From an uncultured Clostridia bacterium (GTDB lineage Bacteria > Bacillota > Clostridia > TANB77 > CAG-508), in contig CATJWN010000050.1 in assembly GCA_949745595.1 (NCBI GenBank), positions 1,589-65,588 on the forward strand: a stretch of 64,000 nt of DNA, written 5' to 3'. The notes under the pieces were generated by a model. The model saw only the letters and a list, made by a program, of their open reading frames with translations. It ran no database searches and was not told where the DNA came from. The position numbers were made by a program, and so were the translations under genes. Below, one piece after another: positions 29,834 to 41,885 of the stretch; the stretch's first letter is position 1; each line of letters starts with the position of its first letter.

Positions 29834-31540
29834 CTACATTCTATTCGGCATTTCAAGTCCAAGCAAGCCTGCTCCTGTTTTTAGTACTGTTCCGACTGCA
29901 TAGCTCAAATACACTCTGGCATTTTGTATGTCTTTATCTTCATCTATAATCTTATTCTCATTATAGAAATTACTATAGCTTCCTGCTAAATCAATCAAAT
30001 ATCTTGCCAAAATTGAAGGCTCATTTTTATCGATTACATTTTTTAATATTTCTTCAAATTTATACAAGTTCTTGATTACGCTTAAACTCTGTTTATCTTG
30101 TAATTTATCAAATTTTACTTCATCAAAACTTGGCACATAGCCTGCTTTCTCTAAAACACTCTTAGTTCTAACATAAATATATTGGATATATGGACCTGTT
30201 TCACCTGTAAAGTTAAGAACTGTATTCCAATCAAATACTTGGTCTTTGATTATAGTTGTACACAAACTATTAAATATAACCGCACCAATACCAATTTTTT
30301 TAGCTTCTTCGTCTTTATTTTCCATGTCTGGATCTTTTTCGTCAATAACTTCTTTAACTCTCGCAATTGACTCTCTAAGTAGATCCTCAACCTTTACAAC
30401 GTTCCCTTCTCTTGTAGACATCTTACCTGTTGTAAGTCTTACCATTCCATATTGAACATGCTCTAAGCCTTTTTGGCATTTTTTTGGAATATCTAAGTAT
30501 TTTGTAACTTCAAAAATTTGTCTAAAATGAAGAGCTTGCTCATAAGCTACTACATATAAGCATTTGTCAAAGTCATAAGTTTTTGCTCTGTATCTAATAG
30601 CAGCTAAATCTCTTGTAGCATATATTGTTGAACCATTTGATTTTGTAATCATACATACGCCTTTTCCAACATCTTCTAAATCAACAATTTTTGCACCATC
30701 AGACTCTGTAAGTTTCCCTGATTTCTCTAATATATCAACTACTTCTCCCCAAGAATCTGCATAAGATGCCTCACCTTTTAAGCTGTCGAATTTAACACCT
30801 AGTAAATCATAGATTCTATTAAATTCTTGAAGGCTAACATCTCTAAATCGTTCCCATAGTTCTGTGCAGTACTTATCGCCTTCTTCTAATAATCTGAAGT
30901 TTTCTCTGCAAGCTTCAAGAACACTCTCATCCTCTTTACATAAATCATTAATTCTAATATATATTTTCATTAATTCTTCAATAGGATTTTCATCAATATT
31001 ATACTCACTGCTCCATCTTTTATAGCCTTCGATTAATTTACCAAATTGAGTTCCATAATCACCTAAATGGTTAATACCAACTGTATTATATCCCATAAAT
31101 TTATAAATCTTATATAAAGCTGCACCTATAATTGTAGTTCTCAAATGTCCTATATGAAAAGGTTTTGCAATATTAGGTGAAGAATATTCTACTATAACTG
31201 TTTTTCCTTCTCCTGAATTATCTGCACCATACTTTTCCTTCTTTTCAGATATTTCTTCTAAAACAGTTTTAGTAAGCACTTCTTTATTTACATAGAAATT
31301 CAAATAACCACCAGCAATCTCTATTTTATCTATATTTCCATCTACTGATAGTTTTCCTTTTAACTCCTCTGCTATGGCTGGTGGTGCTTTTCTTAAAGTT
31401 TTTGCAAGTTTAAAACATGGAAAAGCGTAATCTCCCATATCTTCATTCGGTGGAACTTCAATGTATCCCTCTATTTCATTTTTATCTAACTCTACCTCTT
31501 TTGCAATTTTTTCAGCTATTAAACTTTTAAAATTAATCAT
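29834..31540 (-). CDS. argS: Arginyl-tRNA synthetase
   Basis: EYSSPNIAKPFHIGHLR (HIGH), NHLGDYGTQFG, KMSTREG, GETGPYIQY. Confidence 0.97.
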   Translation of the reverse strand: MINFKSLIAEKIAKEVELDKNEIEGYIEVPPNEDMGDYAFPCFKLAKTLRKAPPAIAEELKGKLSVDGNIDKIEIAGGYLNFYVNKEVLTKTVLEEISEKKEKYGADNSGEGKTVIVEYSSPNIAKPFHIGHLRTTIIGAALYKIYKFMGYNTVGINHLGDYGTQFGKLIEGYKRWSSEYNIDENPIEELMKIYIRINDLCKEDESVLEACRENFRLLEEGDKYCTELWERFRDVSLQEFNRIYDLLGVKFDSLKGEASYADSWGEVVDILEKSGKLTESDGAKIVDLEDVGKGVCMITKSNGSTIYATRDLAAIRYRAKTYDFDKCLYVVAYEQALHFRQIFEVTKYLDIPKKCQKGLEHVQYGMVRLTTGKMSTREGNVVKVEDLLRESIARVKEVIDEKDPDMENKDEEAKKIGIGAVIFNSLCTTIIKDQVFDWNTVLNFTGETGPYIQYIYVRTKSVLEKAGYVPSFDEVKFDKLQDKQSLSVIKNLYKFEEILKNVIDKNEPSILARYLIDLAGSYSNFYNENKIIDEDKDIQNARVYLSYAVGTVLKTGAGLLGLEMPNRM

Positions 31541-31563
31541 AAAATCTTCCTTTCACTCTAAGT

Positions 31564-32046
31564 TTATAGTTTAGGGTTTTTCAAATCCTCTTGAACCCTT
31601 TTATCTATCGTAAAAATTGCAGTCTCTATAATAAACATTGCGCATATTCCTAAGATTCCGCCAAAAGTATCTATGCATACATCAACTACACTTCCGTTTC
31701 TTGCGTTAATAAATAATTGATGTATCTCATCTGTTGAAGCATAAAAAATAACAAAAGCCAAAGACATAATTACTTTCTTTCTTCTAGAACTATTAGGATA
31801 TGTCAATAGTATACCATAGAATATCATTCCACCCGCTGCATATTCTGTCATGTGTGCTACTTTTCTAATCATTGGCTCTAGCCTCTCTGCTTGTACAGTA
31901 TCACCTTTTGCAAAAAAATTAGCAACCTTTCTACTTAATCCTCCTGATTCTTCTCCATTTTGGTTAGATAATCCAAAAACAACTACCATCCAAACTACTA
32001 ATAATCCTATTAAAAATTTCCTTAGTCCTTCTTTTAATTTTTCCAT
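31564..32046 (-). CDS. VanZ-family membrane protein
   Basis: RKVAHMTEY, YASTDEIHQLF..R.GSVVDVCID. Confidence 0.88.
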   Translation of the reverse strand: MEKLKEGLRKFLIGLLVVWMVVVFGLSNQNGEESGGLSRKVANFFAKGDTVQAERLEPMIRKVAHMTEYAAGGMIFYGILLTYPNSSRRKKVIMSLAFVIFYASTDEIHQLFINARNGSVVDVCIDTFGGILGICAMFIIETAIFTIDKRVQEDLKNPKL

Positions 32047-32074
32047 TTTTGTTTCCTTTCTCCTCCTAAAGAGC

Positions 32075-32389
32075 TTAATTCGGAATCTCTTTCGTGCTTA
32101 ATTTTATAATTAAATCCATATCATCGTCTTCTGCTGCTTTATTTTTTCTAATTTTTCCACATTTTTTACATCTAAAAATAATTACGTATCCTTTTTTACT
32201 GTATATCTCAAGTGAAACAGGTTCTAAAATTCCGTGACATGTTTCTTCCCTATCTCCCGGATTTATATCAACATGTTTTGAGTGTAAACAATATGGGCAA
32301 TGATTTCTGCAAGAATACCCAAGTTTTGTAACATGCTTTCCACAGTTTTCACATTCGAATTCTTCATCAATTACTGTAAAATTACTCAT
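32075..32389 (-). CDS. RNHCP domain protein
   Basis: CENCG, SCRNHCPYCLHSKHVD..PGDR. Confidence 0.9.
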   Translation of the reverse strand: MSNFTVIDEEFECENCGKHVTKLGYSCRNHCPYCLHSKHVDINPGDREETCHGILEPVSLEIYSKKGYVIIFRCKKCGKIRKNKAAEDDDMDLIIKLSTKEIPN

Positions 32390-34013
32390 AAATACTACCA
32401 CCGATAAATTCTTTAATTAGCGAATTGTTTGGTATTAGGTCTCCCTTCATACTATCAAAATATTTAAGCAGTACTATTAGACGTCTTGCTTCACTGTATT
32501 CTGGCTCTGTTTGCGGCACTTCTTCTAATAGCGGAATTGCATAATCTTTAAGTACTGCAAGCTCATAAACTATTGAAGAATTGAACATAACATCAGCCTC
32601 TTCTTGAAATGGGAATATATTTTTTTGCTCTCCTCTGTTTACTGAATACCACATTTTTAAAGTATGAAGAGCCTTATATCCTCTAAACTGATTATCTCTG
32701 ACTATTCTCCTTATAAGTCTTGTATCTGTAGTTGAAATTCTATTATAATAATCTATGTTTAATACTGTTAAATCACTAATATATATCTTAAACTTCTCTT
32801 CTTTAGGAATTAAAGAAGTTAATTTGTCATTTAAGCAATGTATCCCTTCAATAACTAATACTTGATCTTTCTCTAATTTTAAAGTATTACCTAGATATCT
32901 TTTACTTCCTACAGTAAAATCAAAAGTTGGAAGTTCTACTTCCTCACCATTTAATAAGGCTACCAAATGCCTATTAAATAAATCTATATCAATCGCTTCA
33001 ATACACTCGAAATCATAATTTCCAAGCTCATCTCTTGGGTTATCTTTTCTTTCTACAAAATAATTATCTACTGAAATCGTAACTGGCTTAATACCATTAA
33101 CTCTAAGTGCCATTCCTAACTTTCCAGCAAAAGTAGTCTTACCTGAAGAAGAAGGTCCTGCAATTAGTATCATTCTAACATTATTTCTTGCTTTTATTTG
33201 ATTTGCAATCTCAGCAATTTTCTTCTCATGTAAAGCTTCTGAGAAAAGTATAAGCTTTTTCTCTTTTCCTCTTTTTATTTCATTATTTAATTTGTATACT
33301 GTATTTAAGCCAAGCACTTTATTTATCGCATTATACTCGTCTAAAGCTGATTTTAGTTTTAAACTATCCTTAGTATCTTGAATCTCATTTGGTTCTGTAA
33401 TACTTGGATATTTTACTAAAAATCCATCTCTATATTTTTCTATGTCATAATGTTTTGCAAATCCAGTAGATACTGGCATTGTTCCATAAAAATAATTGAA
33501 ATAGTCTTCACAGTAATATAATGATACTTTTTCTTTATCAACATCAGTTTGAAGTCTACCTCTTAAAGTCTTCTCTTTCTCATAGAACATATCAGCTTCT
33601 GTTGGTGTCATTATCACTTTTCTAATATCTAAGTCTTTATCTATTATTTCTTGCATTTTTGCTTTAATATTATTTATAACATCATCTGTAATGATAAAAT
33701 CATCAATTGTAACAAACATAGCATTTGAAAGTTGGTAATTAACTGTTAGCATAGCCATTGGATAAACCTCTCTAAAAGCCATACTAGTAATATATAAAAG
33801 CCCTCTTATATATATAATCCTACCATCTCTATCTTGTCTATTTATAAAAGACACTTCTCCATCTTTGTCCATTACCTGTTTCAAAGACGCAACTTCATTA
33901 TTATATCTTGCAGCAATTATTTCACCTGAATTTTGAAGTTGCTCGCAAAATGCGTCCTGAATTGAAATCTTATCATTAAAATAATAATCTTCACCATTGT
34001 ATCTTATTTTCAT
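32382..34013 (-). CDS. Nucleoside/uridine kinase with ThrRS-like N-terminal domain
   Basis: IAGPSSSGKTT P-loop, ISVDNYF, IEGIHCLN, DTRLIRRIVRD. Confidence 0.85.
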   Translation of the reverse strand: MKIRYNGEDYYFNDKISIQDAFCEQLQNSGEIIAARYNNEVASLKQVMDKDGEVSFINRQDRDGRIIYIRGLLYITSMAFREVYPMAMLTVNYQLSNAMFVTIDDFIITDDVINNIKAKMQEIIDKDLDIRKVIMTPTEADMFYEKEKTLRGRLQTDVDKEKVSLYYCEDYFNYFYGTMPVSTGFAKHYDIEKYRDGFLVKYPSITEPNEIQDTKDSLKLKSALDEYNAINKVLGLNTVYKLNNEIKRGKEKKLILFSEALHEKKIAEIANQIKARNNVRMILIAGPSSSGKTTFAGKLGMALRVNGIKPVTISVDNYFVERKDNPRDELGNYDFECIEAIDIDLFNRHLVALLNGEEVELPTFDFTVGSKRYLGNTLKLEKDQVLVIEGIHCLNDKLTSLIPKEEKFKIYISDLTVLNIDYYNRISTTDTRLIRRIVRDNQFRGYKALHTLKMWYSVNRGEQKNIFPFQEEADVMFNSSIVYELAVLKDYAIPLLEEVPQTEPEYSEARRLIVLLKYFDSMKGDLIPNNSLIKEFIGGSIYE

Positions 34014-34032
34014 ATCTTTTGTAGCCCCTTTT

Positions 34033-34230
34033 TTAAAAATTGAAATAAATTAGCAATGCGCCTATAAGTAATAATAAAAATCCAACTACTTTTAGCCCTA
34101 AACTTGCATCGTTTTTATCGCCAAAGCTAAAGTACTTTTTTACTATAGGTCTAGCATCAAAAATAAATTTAACACCTATTACTGCTGAAATTACTCCTAT
34201 AAAAAGCAAAAACACTTCCATATTAAACAT
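34033..34230 (-). CDS. Small membrane protein
   Basis: 65 aa, two hydrophobic segments, KGVKFIFDAR-type motif. Confidence 0.65.
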   Translation of the reverse strand: MFNMEVFLLFIGVISAVIGVKFIFDARPIVKKYFSFGDKNDASLGLKVVGFLLLLIGALLIYFNF

Positions 34231-34316
34231 CCTTTTTACATATTTTTTTGCTCTTTTATTGTATTATTTTTTTGTACTTATGTCAATATAGAAAAAGCAC
34301 CTTTTGGCGCTTTTTT

Positions 34317-34610
34317 CTATATAAATAGCATTTGCAAATATCCTTTATATAGTAAATATATAACAAGTGCAATTTCTGAAATTAAAATTGTTGGAAATCC
34401 TATTGTAAATTTTAGTTTCTTAGTTTTATGTCTAAACATGTACATACTTGCAATCGTACCAAAGCCTCCTCCTAATAAAGTAACTGTAAAAAGAGTCTTT
34501 TCAGGTGTTCTCCAAAAGCCCTTCTGTGCTTTAAACTTATCAATTGCCATTATGCCCAATCCGATTATATTTATTATCACAAAATATAAAATTACATATT
34601 TTAATTCCAT
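34317..34610 (-). CDS. DUF1294-family membrane protein
   Basis: MAIDKFKA...WRTPEKTL...GGGFGT...MFRHKTKK. Confidence 0.85.
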   Translation of the reverse strand: MELKYVILYFVIINIIGLGIMAIDKFKAQKGFWRTPEKTLFTVTLLGGGFGTIASMYMFRHKTKKLKFTIGFPTILISEIALVIYLLYKGYLQMLFI

Positions 34611-34637
34611 AATCATTCTCCTTTTCATGCGAACAAC

Positions 34638-37600
34638 TTAAAATGAGAATAAACTCATTTGATTAGACTTAGTCATACCCTTAAGTAGTCCTGCTTTTTG
34701 TAAAGTCTCTATTGCTACCTTACCAATTTTTGAACGTGCTTGTAAATCATCTACGCACTCGAACTCTCCCTCTTCTCTAGCATTAAATATACTTTCAGCA
34801 TCTATTGGACCTAACCCCGGTATACTATTAAGCGGTGGTCTTATCCCATCTTCTTCTACTATAAATTTGTCGTGATGTGATTTATATAAATCTATATCTA
34901 AGAATTTGAAACCTCTTTCATACATCTCAAGTACAAGTTCTAGAACTGGATACATTTCTTTATCTTTATTTGCAGCAGCATTTCCTGCATCATCAATTTC
35001 TTTCATCTTAGCTCTTACTCTGCCTTTTCCTGCACACATTACTTCACTATCAAACTGCTTAGCTCTAATAGAGAAATATGTTGCATAATATGCCATTGGA
35101 ATATGTACTTTAAACCAAGCAATCCTAAATGCCATCGTAACATAAGCTGCAGCATGAGCCTTAGGGAACATATACTTAATTTTCTTACAAGAGTCAATAT
35201 ACCAATCTGGTACATTATGCGCTTTCATTACACCTTCTTGCTCTGGAGTTAATCCTTTTCCCTTACGTACAGACTCCATAATCTTAAATGCTGGGTTAGG
35301 CTCTAATCCCATTTTTATTAAGTAAATCATAATATCGTCGCGACAACATATAGCATCATTTAAGGTTACTATTCCTTGATTTATCAAGTCTTGCGCATTA
35401 TTAAGCCATACATCAGTACCATGTGAAAGTCCTGAAATACTTATAAGCTCAGCAAATGTAGTTGGTTTTGTTTCTTCAAGCATTCCACGCACAAATTTCG
35501 TACCAAACTCTGGCACTCCAAAGCTACCAGTTTTTGAACTAATTTGCTCTTCTGTAACTCCTAATGCTTTTGTTGAACTAAACAAACTCATGGTTTCTTT
35601 GTCGTCTAGTGGTATCTTTGTTGGATCAACACCTGTAATATCTTGCAACATTCTTATCATTGTCGGATCATCATGACCTAGTATATCAAGCTTAAGTAAG
35701 TTCTGATCAATTGAATGATAATCAAAATGTGTTGTTATTATATCTGAATTTGGATCATCTGCTGGGTGTTGTACTGGGCAAAACTCATAGATTTCACGCC
35801 CCTTAGGTACAACTATAATTCCACCAGGATGCTGCCCTGTAGTCCTCTTTATTCCCGTACAACCTACTGAAAGTCTTTCTATTTCTGCTTTACTAATTGG
35901 CTTTTGTCTTTCTTCATAATATTTTTTTACATAACCAAAAGCTGTTTTGTCAGCAATAGTACCAACAGTTCCAGCTTTAAAAGTCGTACCTTTTCCAAAG
36001 ATTACTTCTGTATATTTGTGAGCTTTTGCTTGATATTCACCCGAGAAATTTAAGTCAATATCAGGTTCTTTATCTCCATTAAAACCTAAGAAAGTTTCAA
36101 AAGGAATATCCATACCATCTTTGTCAAGTTTATGTCCACATTTCGGACAATCTTTGTCTGGAAGGTCGAAGCCATTTTTCACACCATAGTCTGAAAAATC
36201 AGAATACTTGCAATTTGGACATCTATAATGTGGCTGCAAGGAGTTAACCTCAGTGATTCCTGTCATATTAGCAACAAAAGACGAACCAACAGAACCTCTT
36301 GAACCAACTAAATATCCATCTTCATTTGATTTCCAAACTAATTTCTGAGCTATAATATACATAACTGAGAAACCATTTTTTATAATAGAATCAAGTTCTT
36401 TAACTAATCTGTTTTCAACTATTTCTGGCAACTGTTCACCATACAATTCGTGAGCCTTACTATAAGCAATCTCTTTAATAGTTTCTTCACAACCGTGGAA
36501 TATGTGGTGGACATTTTTCAGGAGAAATTGGTGAAATTTTCTCACACATATCTGAAATTAAATTTGTGTTTGTAACAACTACTTCATAGGCTTTTTCTTT
36601 TCCCAAATAGTTAAACTCTGCAAGCATTTCTTCTGTAGTTCTTAAGAATAGTGGCGCCTGCATATCTGCATCGTCATAACCTTGACCTGCCTGTAAAATT
36701 CTTCTATATACCTCATCTTGTGGATCTATAAAATGAACATCACAAGTAGCTACTACTGGCTTATTTAATTTCTCACCTAATGCTACAATTTTTCTATTTA
36801 TATTTCTTAAATATTCTTCATCTGGTACTTCACCATTTCTTACTAAATATTGGTCATTTCCAATTGGCTGAATCTCTAAATAATCGTAAAATTTTGCAAT
36901 CTCTTCAATATCTTCTTCTGACTTATCTTCTAATATTGATCTATATAACTCTCCAGCCTCACAAGCACTGCCTAAAATCAAGCTTTCTCTATACTTAGAA
37001 AACAAGCTTTTTAGTATTCTTGGATGTCTATAGAAATAGTCTAAATGCGAATAAGAAATAAGTTTGTATAAATTTCTTAGTCCTATGTAGTTTTTAGCTA
37101 AAATTATAGCATGATATGATGGTAGTTTTCTTGGGTCTGTTTCAAATTTATTATCAAAATCTACTACATGTGTAGCACCTATTTTTTTAGCTTCTTCTAT
37201 CATTACTTTAAAAACAGCAAGCAAAGTCTTAACATCGTCTAATGCTCTATGTGCTACATCTACCTTAATACCTAAATTATCTGCAATAATACCAAGCTTG
37301 TACTTTTTGTAGTTTGGAAAAATTGCCTTAGCAAGCCTTAAAGTATCTACATAAGTATAATCGAATTTATATCCATATTTCTCAAAATTATGCCTTAAAA
37401 AGCCCATATCGAAATCTGCATTATGAGCAACAAGTACACTATCTCCCAAAAATTCTATAAGCTTTGGTAAAACTTTATCTATAGTCTCAGCATCTTTTAC
37501 CATCTCATCTGTAATATGAGTAACTTCAACAACTTTAGCAGGAATTGGTTTTTCTGGGTTAACAAAGCACTCAAATTCTCCAATCTGCTCGCCATTTTTG

Positions 37601-38994
37601 TATTTTATAACACCTATCTCAGTAATTTTTTCTGTTTTATTCGATAAGCCTGTTGTCTCTAGGTCAAGAATGCAATATTCTGTATCTAAATCTTGACCTT
37701 TGTAATTTGCAACACAAGGGTCTTTATCTGGAACAAAATATGCTTCAACTCCATATAAAACTTTTAAATCTGCACCTGTTTTATTTAAGAATTTATGTGC
37801 TTCTGGGAAGCTTTGAACAACACCATGGTCAGTAATTGCAATAGACTTCCAACCCCATTTTATAGCTCTTTTTAAGAGCTCTGTAACTGGAGTTACTGCA
37901 TCCATTTGGCTCATTTGAGTATGCATATGAAGCTCAACTCTTTTTTCTTCTGCCTCGTCCATTCTTTCTATCTTAGGCATACCTTTTGTTTCAATAATTC
38001 TTCTAATTTTAATTATTACTTCTTTATCATATTCACTATACTCTTTTTCACCATCTACTATTAGACCTTTTGAGTCTTGTACCCTTTTTATTATCTCGTC
38101 TGACAATTCCTTCTTGAAAAAGCCTGTACAACTAATAGTGCTAGTACCATCAAATACCGAGAACTTTACTATTGTCTTTTTATTTTGTTTTTTGTCCTCA
38201 TAGTCATGTGTACTAACTTCTCCTATCTGTTCTCCTTCAATTGAAACGAGCTCTTTTTCATCAGTTGTCTCTGATATCTTTATACGTCTTCCATCTACTA
38301 AAATATTTCGACCATAAATAAGCGGTGAAGAAATTTCAGTAATATCTAATTCTTCCTTTTTCTTCTCTATTGCTTCTTCTTGTTCTTGCTTTTCTTGCAA
38401 TCTTCTAAGTCTTGCTTCTTCTCTTGCAACTAAAGCCTCTTCTTCTGCCTTTCTTTGTAATTCGCTTAGTAGTTGCTTTTCCTCTTGCTCTCTTTTTTCT
38501 TCAAGTATTTCACTATAGTTTTCTGCTAAATTTTCTTCAAACTTAACAGCAAATTTTTTATTGTATAAGTTCTCAAAAACATGCTCTAAACCTTTATCAA
38601 ATTTTTTCGCAGTTAAAAAATTAGCACCCTTTAAAGCTAAATTAACTATAACTTCTTGATCTTGAATATCTAAAGAACTTCCAGCAAGCATCGCTCTGCT
38701 AGTAGGCTCTTTTTTTGACACATAATTTATTATATGTGGCCAATCTTTATTTAAGTCACCATCAATCACAGTATCACCATAATTTACATCAATCATAGCT
38801 TTTGATACTTGAAATCTCTTGACTAAATAATTCTCAAAATCTTCTATTTCAGCTATATTTATCGCTTTAGAAGCTGCTATATTTATTTGTAATTTATTTG
38901 TCTTTTTATATAAATTGATATTCTCAAGCTGCGCATCTACTATAGTATTTTGATTAGTGTAATCGCAGAATACTTCTTTTATATATTTTTGCAT
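34638..38994 (-). CDS. polC: DNA polymerase III PolC (Gram-positive type); +1 frameshift at CGG 36493-36495
   Basis: ORF 36487-38994 carries OB, PHP (ELHMHTQMS) and exonuclease (LDLETTG) domains; ORF 34638-36545 carries [17 protein letters not shown] and HPGGI. Joined as PPHIP-[C]GGT TGT GAA (IPGCEE). Confidence 0.93.
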
Positions 38995-38995
38995 C

Positions 38996-39550
38996 TTAAT
39001 CTTCCTTTTCTGCTCCTAGTATTTCTTGAATTTTTGCCCAATTGTTTTCTATATCTGGTACATTCTTAATCTCAAAACCTGTAATCAAATAAGTTCCTAC
39101 CTCTGGACGAAATTGTATATCACCTAACTTAAATATTTTTTGGAAAAAGTTTTGATAATAAGTTACATTTTTTAAATCAGAGTATGCTATAGTTTTAGTT
39201 TTTTTCTTATATCTATGAACTACTTTTTTCTCATAAAAAGTACAAGTTGTATTTTCTGCAATTTTTTTGGAAATAACAAGCGCTATAATTACTCCTACAA
39301 CTGCAACTAAAATAAATAAAAGAGTAAGTCCTATTGATTTTTGCGCTACTGCAACCATTATAAGTAATAACATAACAATATAAAAATCAAAAAATCTAGT
39401 CAATTGGTATTTTGGTAAGTATTGTCTGTAAAGCTTAAAAATCTCGTTAGTATCCTTATCTAAAGATTCTTCCTTGCAATATTCTTCATAACAAGATTTA
39501 CAAATGTCTCCTTCTTTCCTCAATTTTGCTCCACAAATTTTACATCTCAT
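38996..39550 (-). CDS. Membrane protein with N-terminal zinc ribbon and bacterial PH-like domain
   Basis: CKICG...CKSC, two TM helices, YYQNFFQKIFKLGDI motif. Confidence 0.6.
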   Translation of the reverse strand: MRCKICGAKLRKEGDICKSCYEEYCKEESLDKDTNEIFKLYRQYLPKYQLTRFFDFYIVMLLLIMVAVAQKSIGLTLLFILVAVVGVIIALVISKKIAENTTCTFYEKKVVHRYKKKTKTIAYSDLKNVTYYQNFFQKIFKLGDIQFRPEVGTYLITGFEIKNVPDIENNWAKIQEILGAEKED

Positions 39551-39568
39551 AATACATCTCTCCTAAAT

Positions 39569-40301
39569 TTAAAATACTCTTAATATATCTTGATAAGTTA
39601 CATATAGTGAAAATAATAATAGAAATGCAAGTCCTGTCATTTGTATATTTATTTCCACTTCTTCTTTTAGTGGTTTCTTTCGTATCCATTCTATAAGTAA
39701 AATCAAAATCTTTCCACCATCTAATGCTGGTATTGGTAAAAGATTAGTTACACCTAAAGATACTGACACCAAGCTCATTAAATAAATGAAATTGAAAATA
39801 CTATTTGTTTTTACTACCATTCCTCCAATTCCTACAGGTCCCATCATCTGCTCCATATTAAGTCCACCTGTAAAAATCATTTTTAAACTATTTAAAACAT
39901 CTCCTATATATAAACCTGTTTGCTTTAAGGCAAACATTACATCATGTTTTGCAATACATATTAGAATAAAAAATACTGTTAATCCAAAAATTATATTAAC
40001 AATCGCCCCTGCTGCTACTATTGCTAACCTCTTTGGTATACTTGCACTGCTAAAAGAACCTTCTCCATCTTCTCTTTCAGCCTCTCCAAGCATATCCACA
40101 TACCCTCCGAAAAGGTATCCATCTAATAGAATATTTCGTTTCTTTTCCTTGCCAAGATTTAAGTGTTGGTCCGAAGCCAATTGAAAACTCTCTTACCCTT
40201 ACTTTACAAGCTTTAGCTACAAGAAAATGTCCACCTTCGTGAATTAAAACTAAAAATCCTATTAAAATAACAATTTTTAATGCACCTAATAAAAAACTCA
40301 A
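39569..40301 (-). CDS. rseP: RseP/RasP site-2 M50 metalloprotease; +1 frameshift at CGG 40107-40109
   Basis: HEGGH zinc motif in the 5' ORF; NLLPIPALDGG in the 3' ORF; junction RWIPF-[C]GGA GGG TAT restores IPFGGYV. Confidence 0.9.
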
Positions 40302-40310
40302 AGTTTCCTC

Positions 40311-41148
40311 CTAAATACCTAAAGAAATTAATAGAAATATGACATAAGCAAATGGTGCTATGAACATAATACTATCTATCCTATCTATCATTCCTCCATG
40401 ACCTGGAAATAATTCACTAAAATCTTTAACATCAAAAGATCTTTTTACAACACTTGCTGCAAAATCTCCGAATTGCCCTATTACACTTAAAATTGCAATT
40501 ATTATTGCGATATTAAAAATTGGTATTGTAGTTGCCGCATATAAATTAAGAAATACTGTCAGTAAGCTTCCTGCAATAACTGCTCCGTAGAGTTCCTCCT
40601 ACACAGCCTTCAATCGTCTTGTTAGGGCTTACTTTACTGAATTTATGCTTTCCAAAATTCTTTCCTACAAGGTATGCTATTGTATCTGTTCCCCATGCTG
40701 AAAAAATAACATACCAAATTGCAATTTTACCTGTCAAATTCCAAGCTAAACTTTCTGTGCCATATAAAAGTGCAAAGAACATTAAAAATCCAACTATATA
40801 AGCTATTCCAAACAAAGTATAAACCATATCTTTTAAGCTTATTTTCATTTCCGTAATTATTACATGCAAAAACAAAATAAAAATCATTAGTGGAAATAAT
40901 ACTGCTATTATTACTAATATAAGTTCCTTAGGAAGAATGTGTAATAATGCAATTAAAAGGCTGGCTACATATCCTATCCAAGAGATTATATTTATGTTTT
41001 TCTTTTTGGCGCATTTACTATATTCGTATATAGCAAATATTGAAACTACTGCCATAAGAATGTCAATCGTGTATTTGTTCCCCAATACAAGCACTGCTAA
41101 AACGATTGGAAATCCTATTATTCCAGTTAATAATCTTTTAAAACTCAT
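40311..41148 (-). CDS. cdsA: Phosphatidate cytidylyltransferase; +1 frameshift at CGG 40585-40587
   Basis: DTIAYLVGK, VSPNKTIEG; after GGTL-[C]GGA the frame continues GAVIAG...GQFGDFAASVVKRSFDVKDFSELFPGHGGMIDRIDS to TAG 40311-40313. Confidence 0.92.
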
Positions 41149-41167
41149 ATTTTTACTTCCTTTGCTT

Positions 41168-41869
41168 TTAGTTTGCTCCAAAATTTCTTTTTCTCTTTTT
41201 ATAAACTTCTATAGCTTCATCTAAATCTTTTTCTGTAAAATCTGGCCAATATTTATCTAAGAATAAAAATTCAGTATATGCTAACTGCCACATCAAAAAT
41301 CCACTCGTTCTTATTTCCCCACTAGTTCTTATCATAAGATCTGGCTCTGGCATATCTGGTATATATAAATTCTTAGATATAACTTCTTCTGTAATATCTT
41401 CTACTGCTAATTCCCCATTTTTTACTTTACTTGCTATTTTTTTAGTAGCCTTTACTAACTCGTCTCTTCCACCATAATTTAAGCATATATTAAAATTAAT
41501 AGCTGTATTTTCTTTTGTCATCTCTATAGCTTTTGCTATGCTTTTTTGTAAGCCTTCATTCAAAGGCTCCATATCTCCTAAAACACCAATCCTGATATTT
41601 TCAGTATCTGCCCTTTTAGTATAATCGTCAAGATATGTTCTTAAAAGATGCATAAGCCAAGAAACTTCTTCTTCACCTCTTCTCCAGTTTTCTGTAGAAA
41701 AAGCAAATACTGTTATATTTTTTACTCCAACAGTTTTAGCATATCTTACTATTTTCTCAAGTGTCTCAGCACCTGCTTTATGTCCAGCCTGCATTGGTAA
41801 ATTATGCTCTTTTGCCCAACGACGATTGCCATCCATAATAATAGCAATATGTTTTGGTATATCGTTCAT
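41168..41869 (-). CDS. uppS: Undecaprenyl diphosphate synthase
   Basis: HIAIIMDGNRRWA, FSTENW, NYGGRDE, IRTSGE. Confidence 0.96.
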   Translation of the reverse strand: MNDIPKHIAIIMDGNRRWAKEHNLPMQAGHKAGAETLEKIVRYAKTVGVKNITVFAFSTENWRRGEEEVSWLMHLLRTYLDDYTKRADTENIRIGVLGDMEPLNEGLQKSIAKAIEMTKENTAINFNICLNYGGRDELVKATKKIASKVKNGELAVEDITEEVISKNLYIPDMPEPDLMIRTSGEIRTSGFLMWQLAYTEFLFLDKYWPDFTEKDLDEAIEVYKKRKRNFGAN

Positions 41870-41885
41870 TTTTAATCTCCTATCG

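Noticed and set aside
34638-38994. polC, cdsA, rseP, mtaB and NUDIX as true pseudogenes, or ORF-track starts at 36545, 40180, 14747 and 43561 as real starts
   Set aside because: Both halves of each gene are otherwise intact, some genes are normally essential, and those starts are out-of-context Met codons; a single-base event explains each case.
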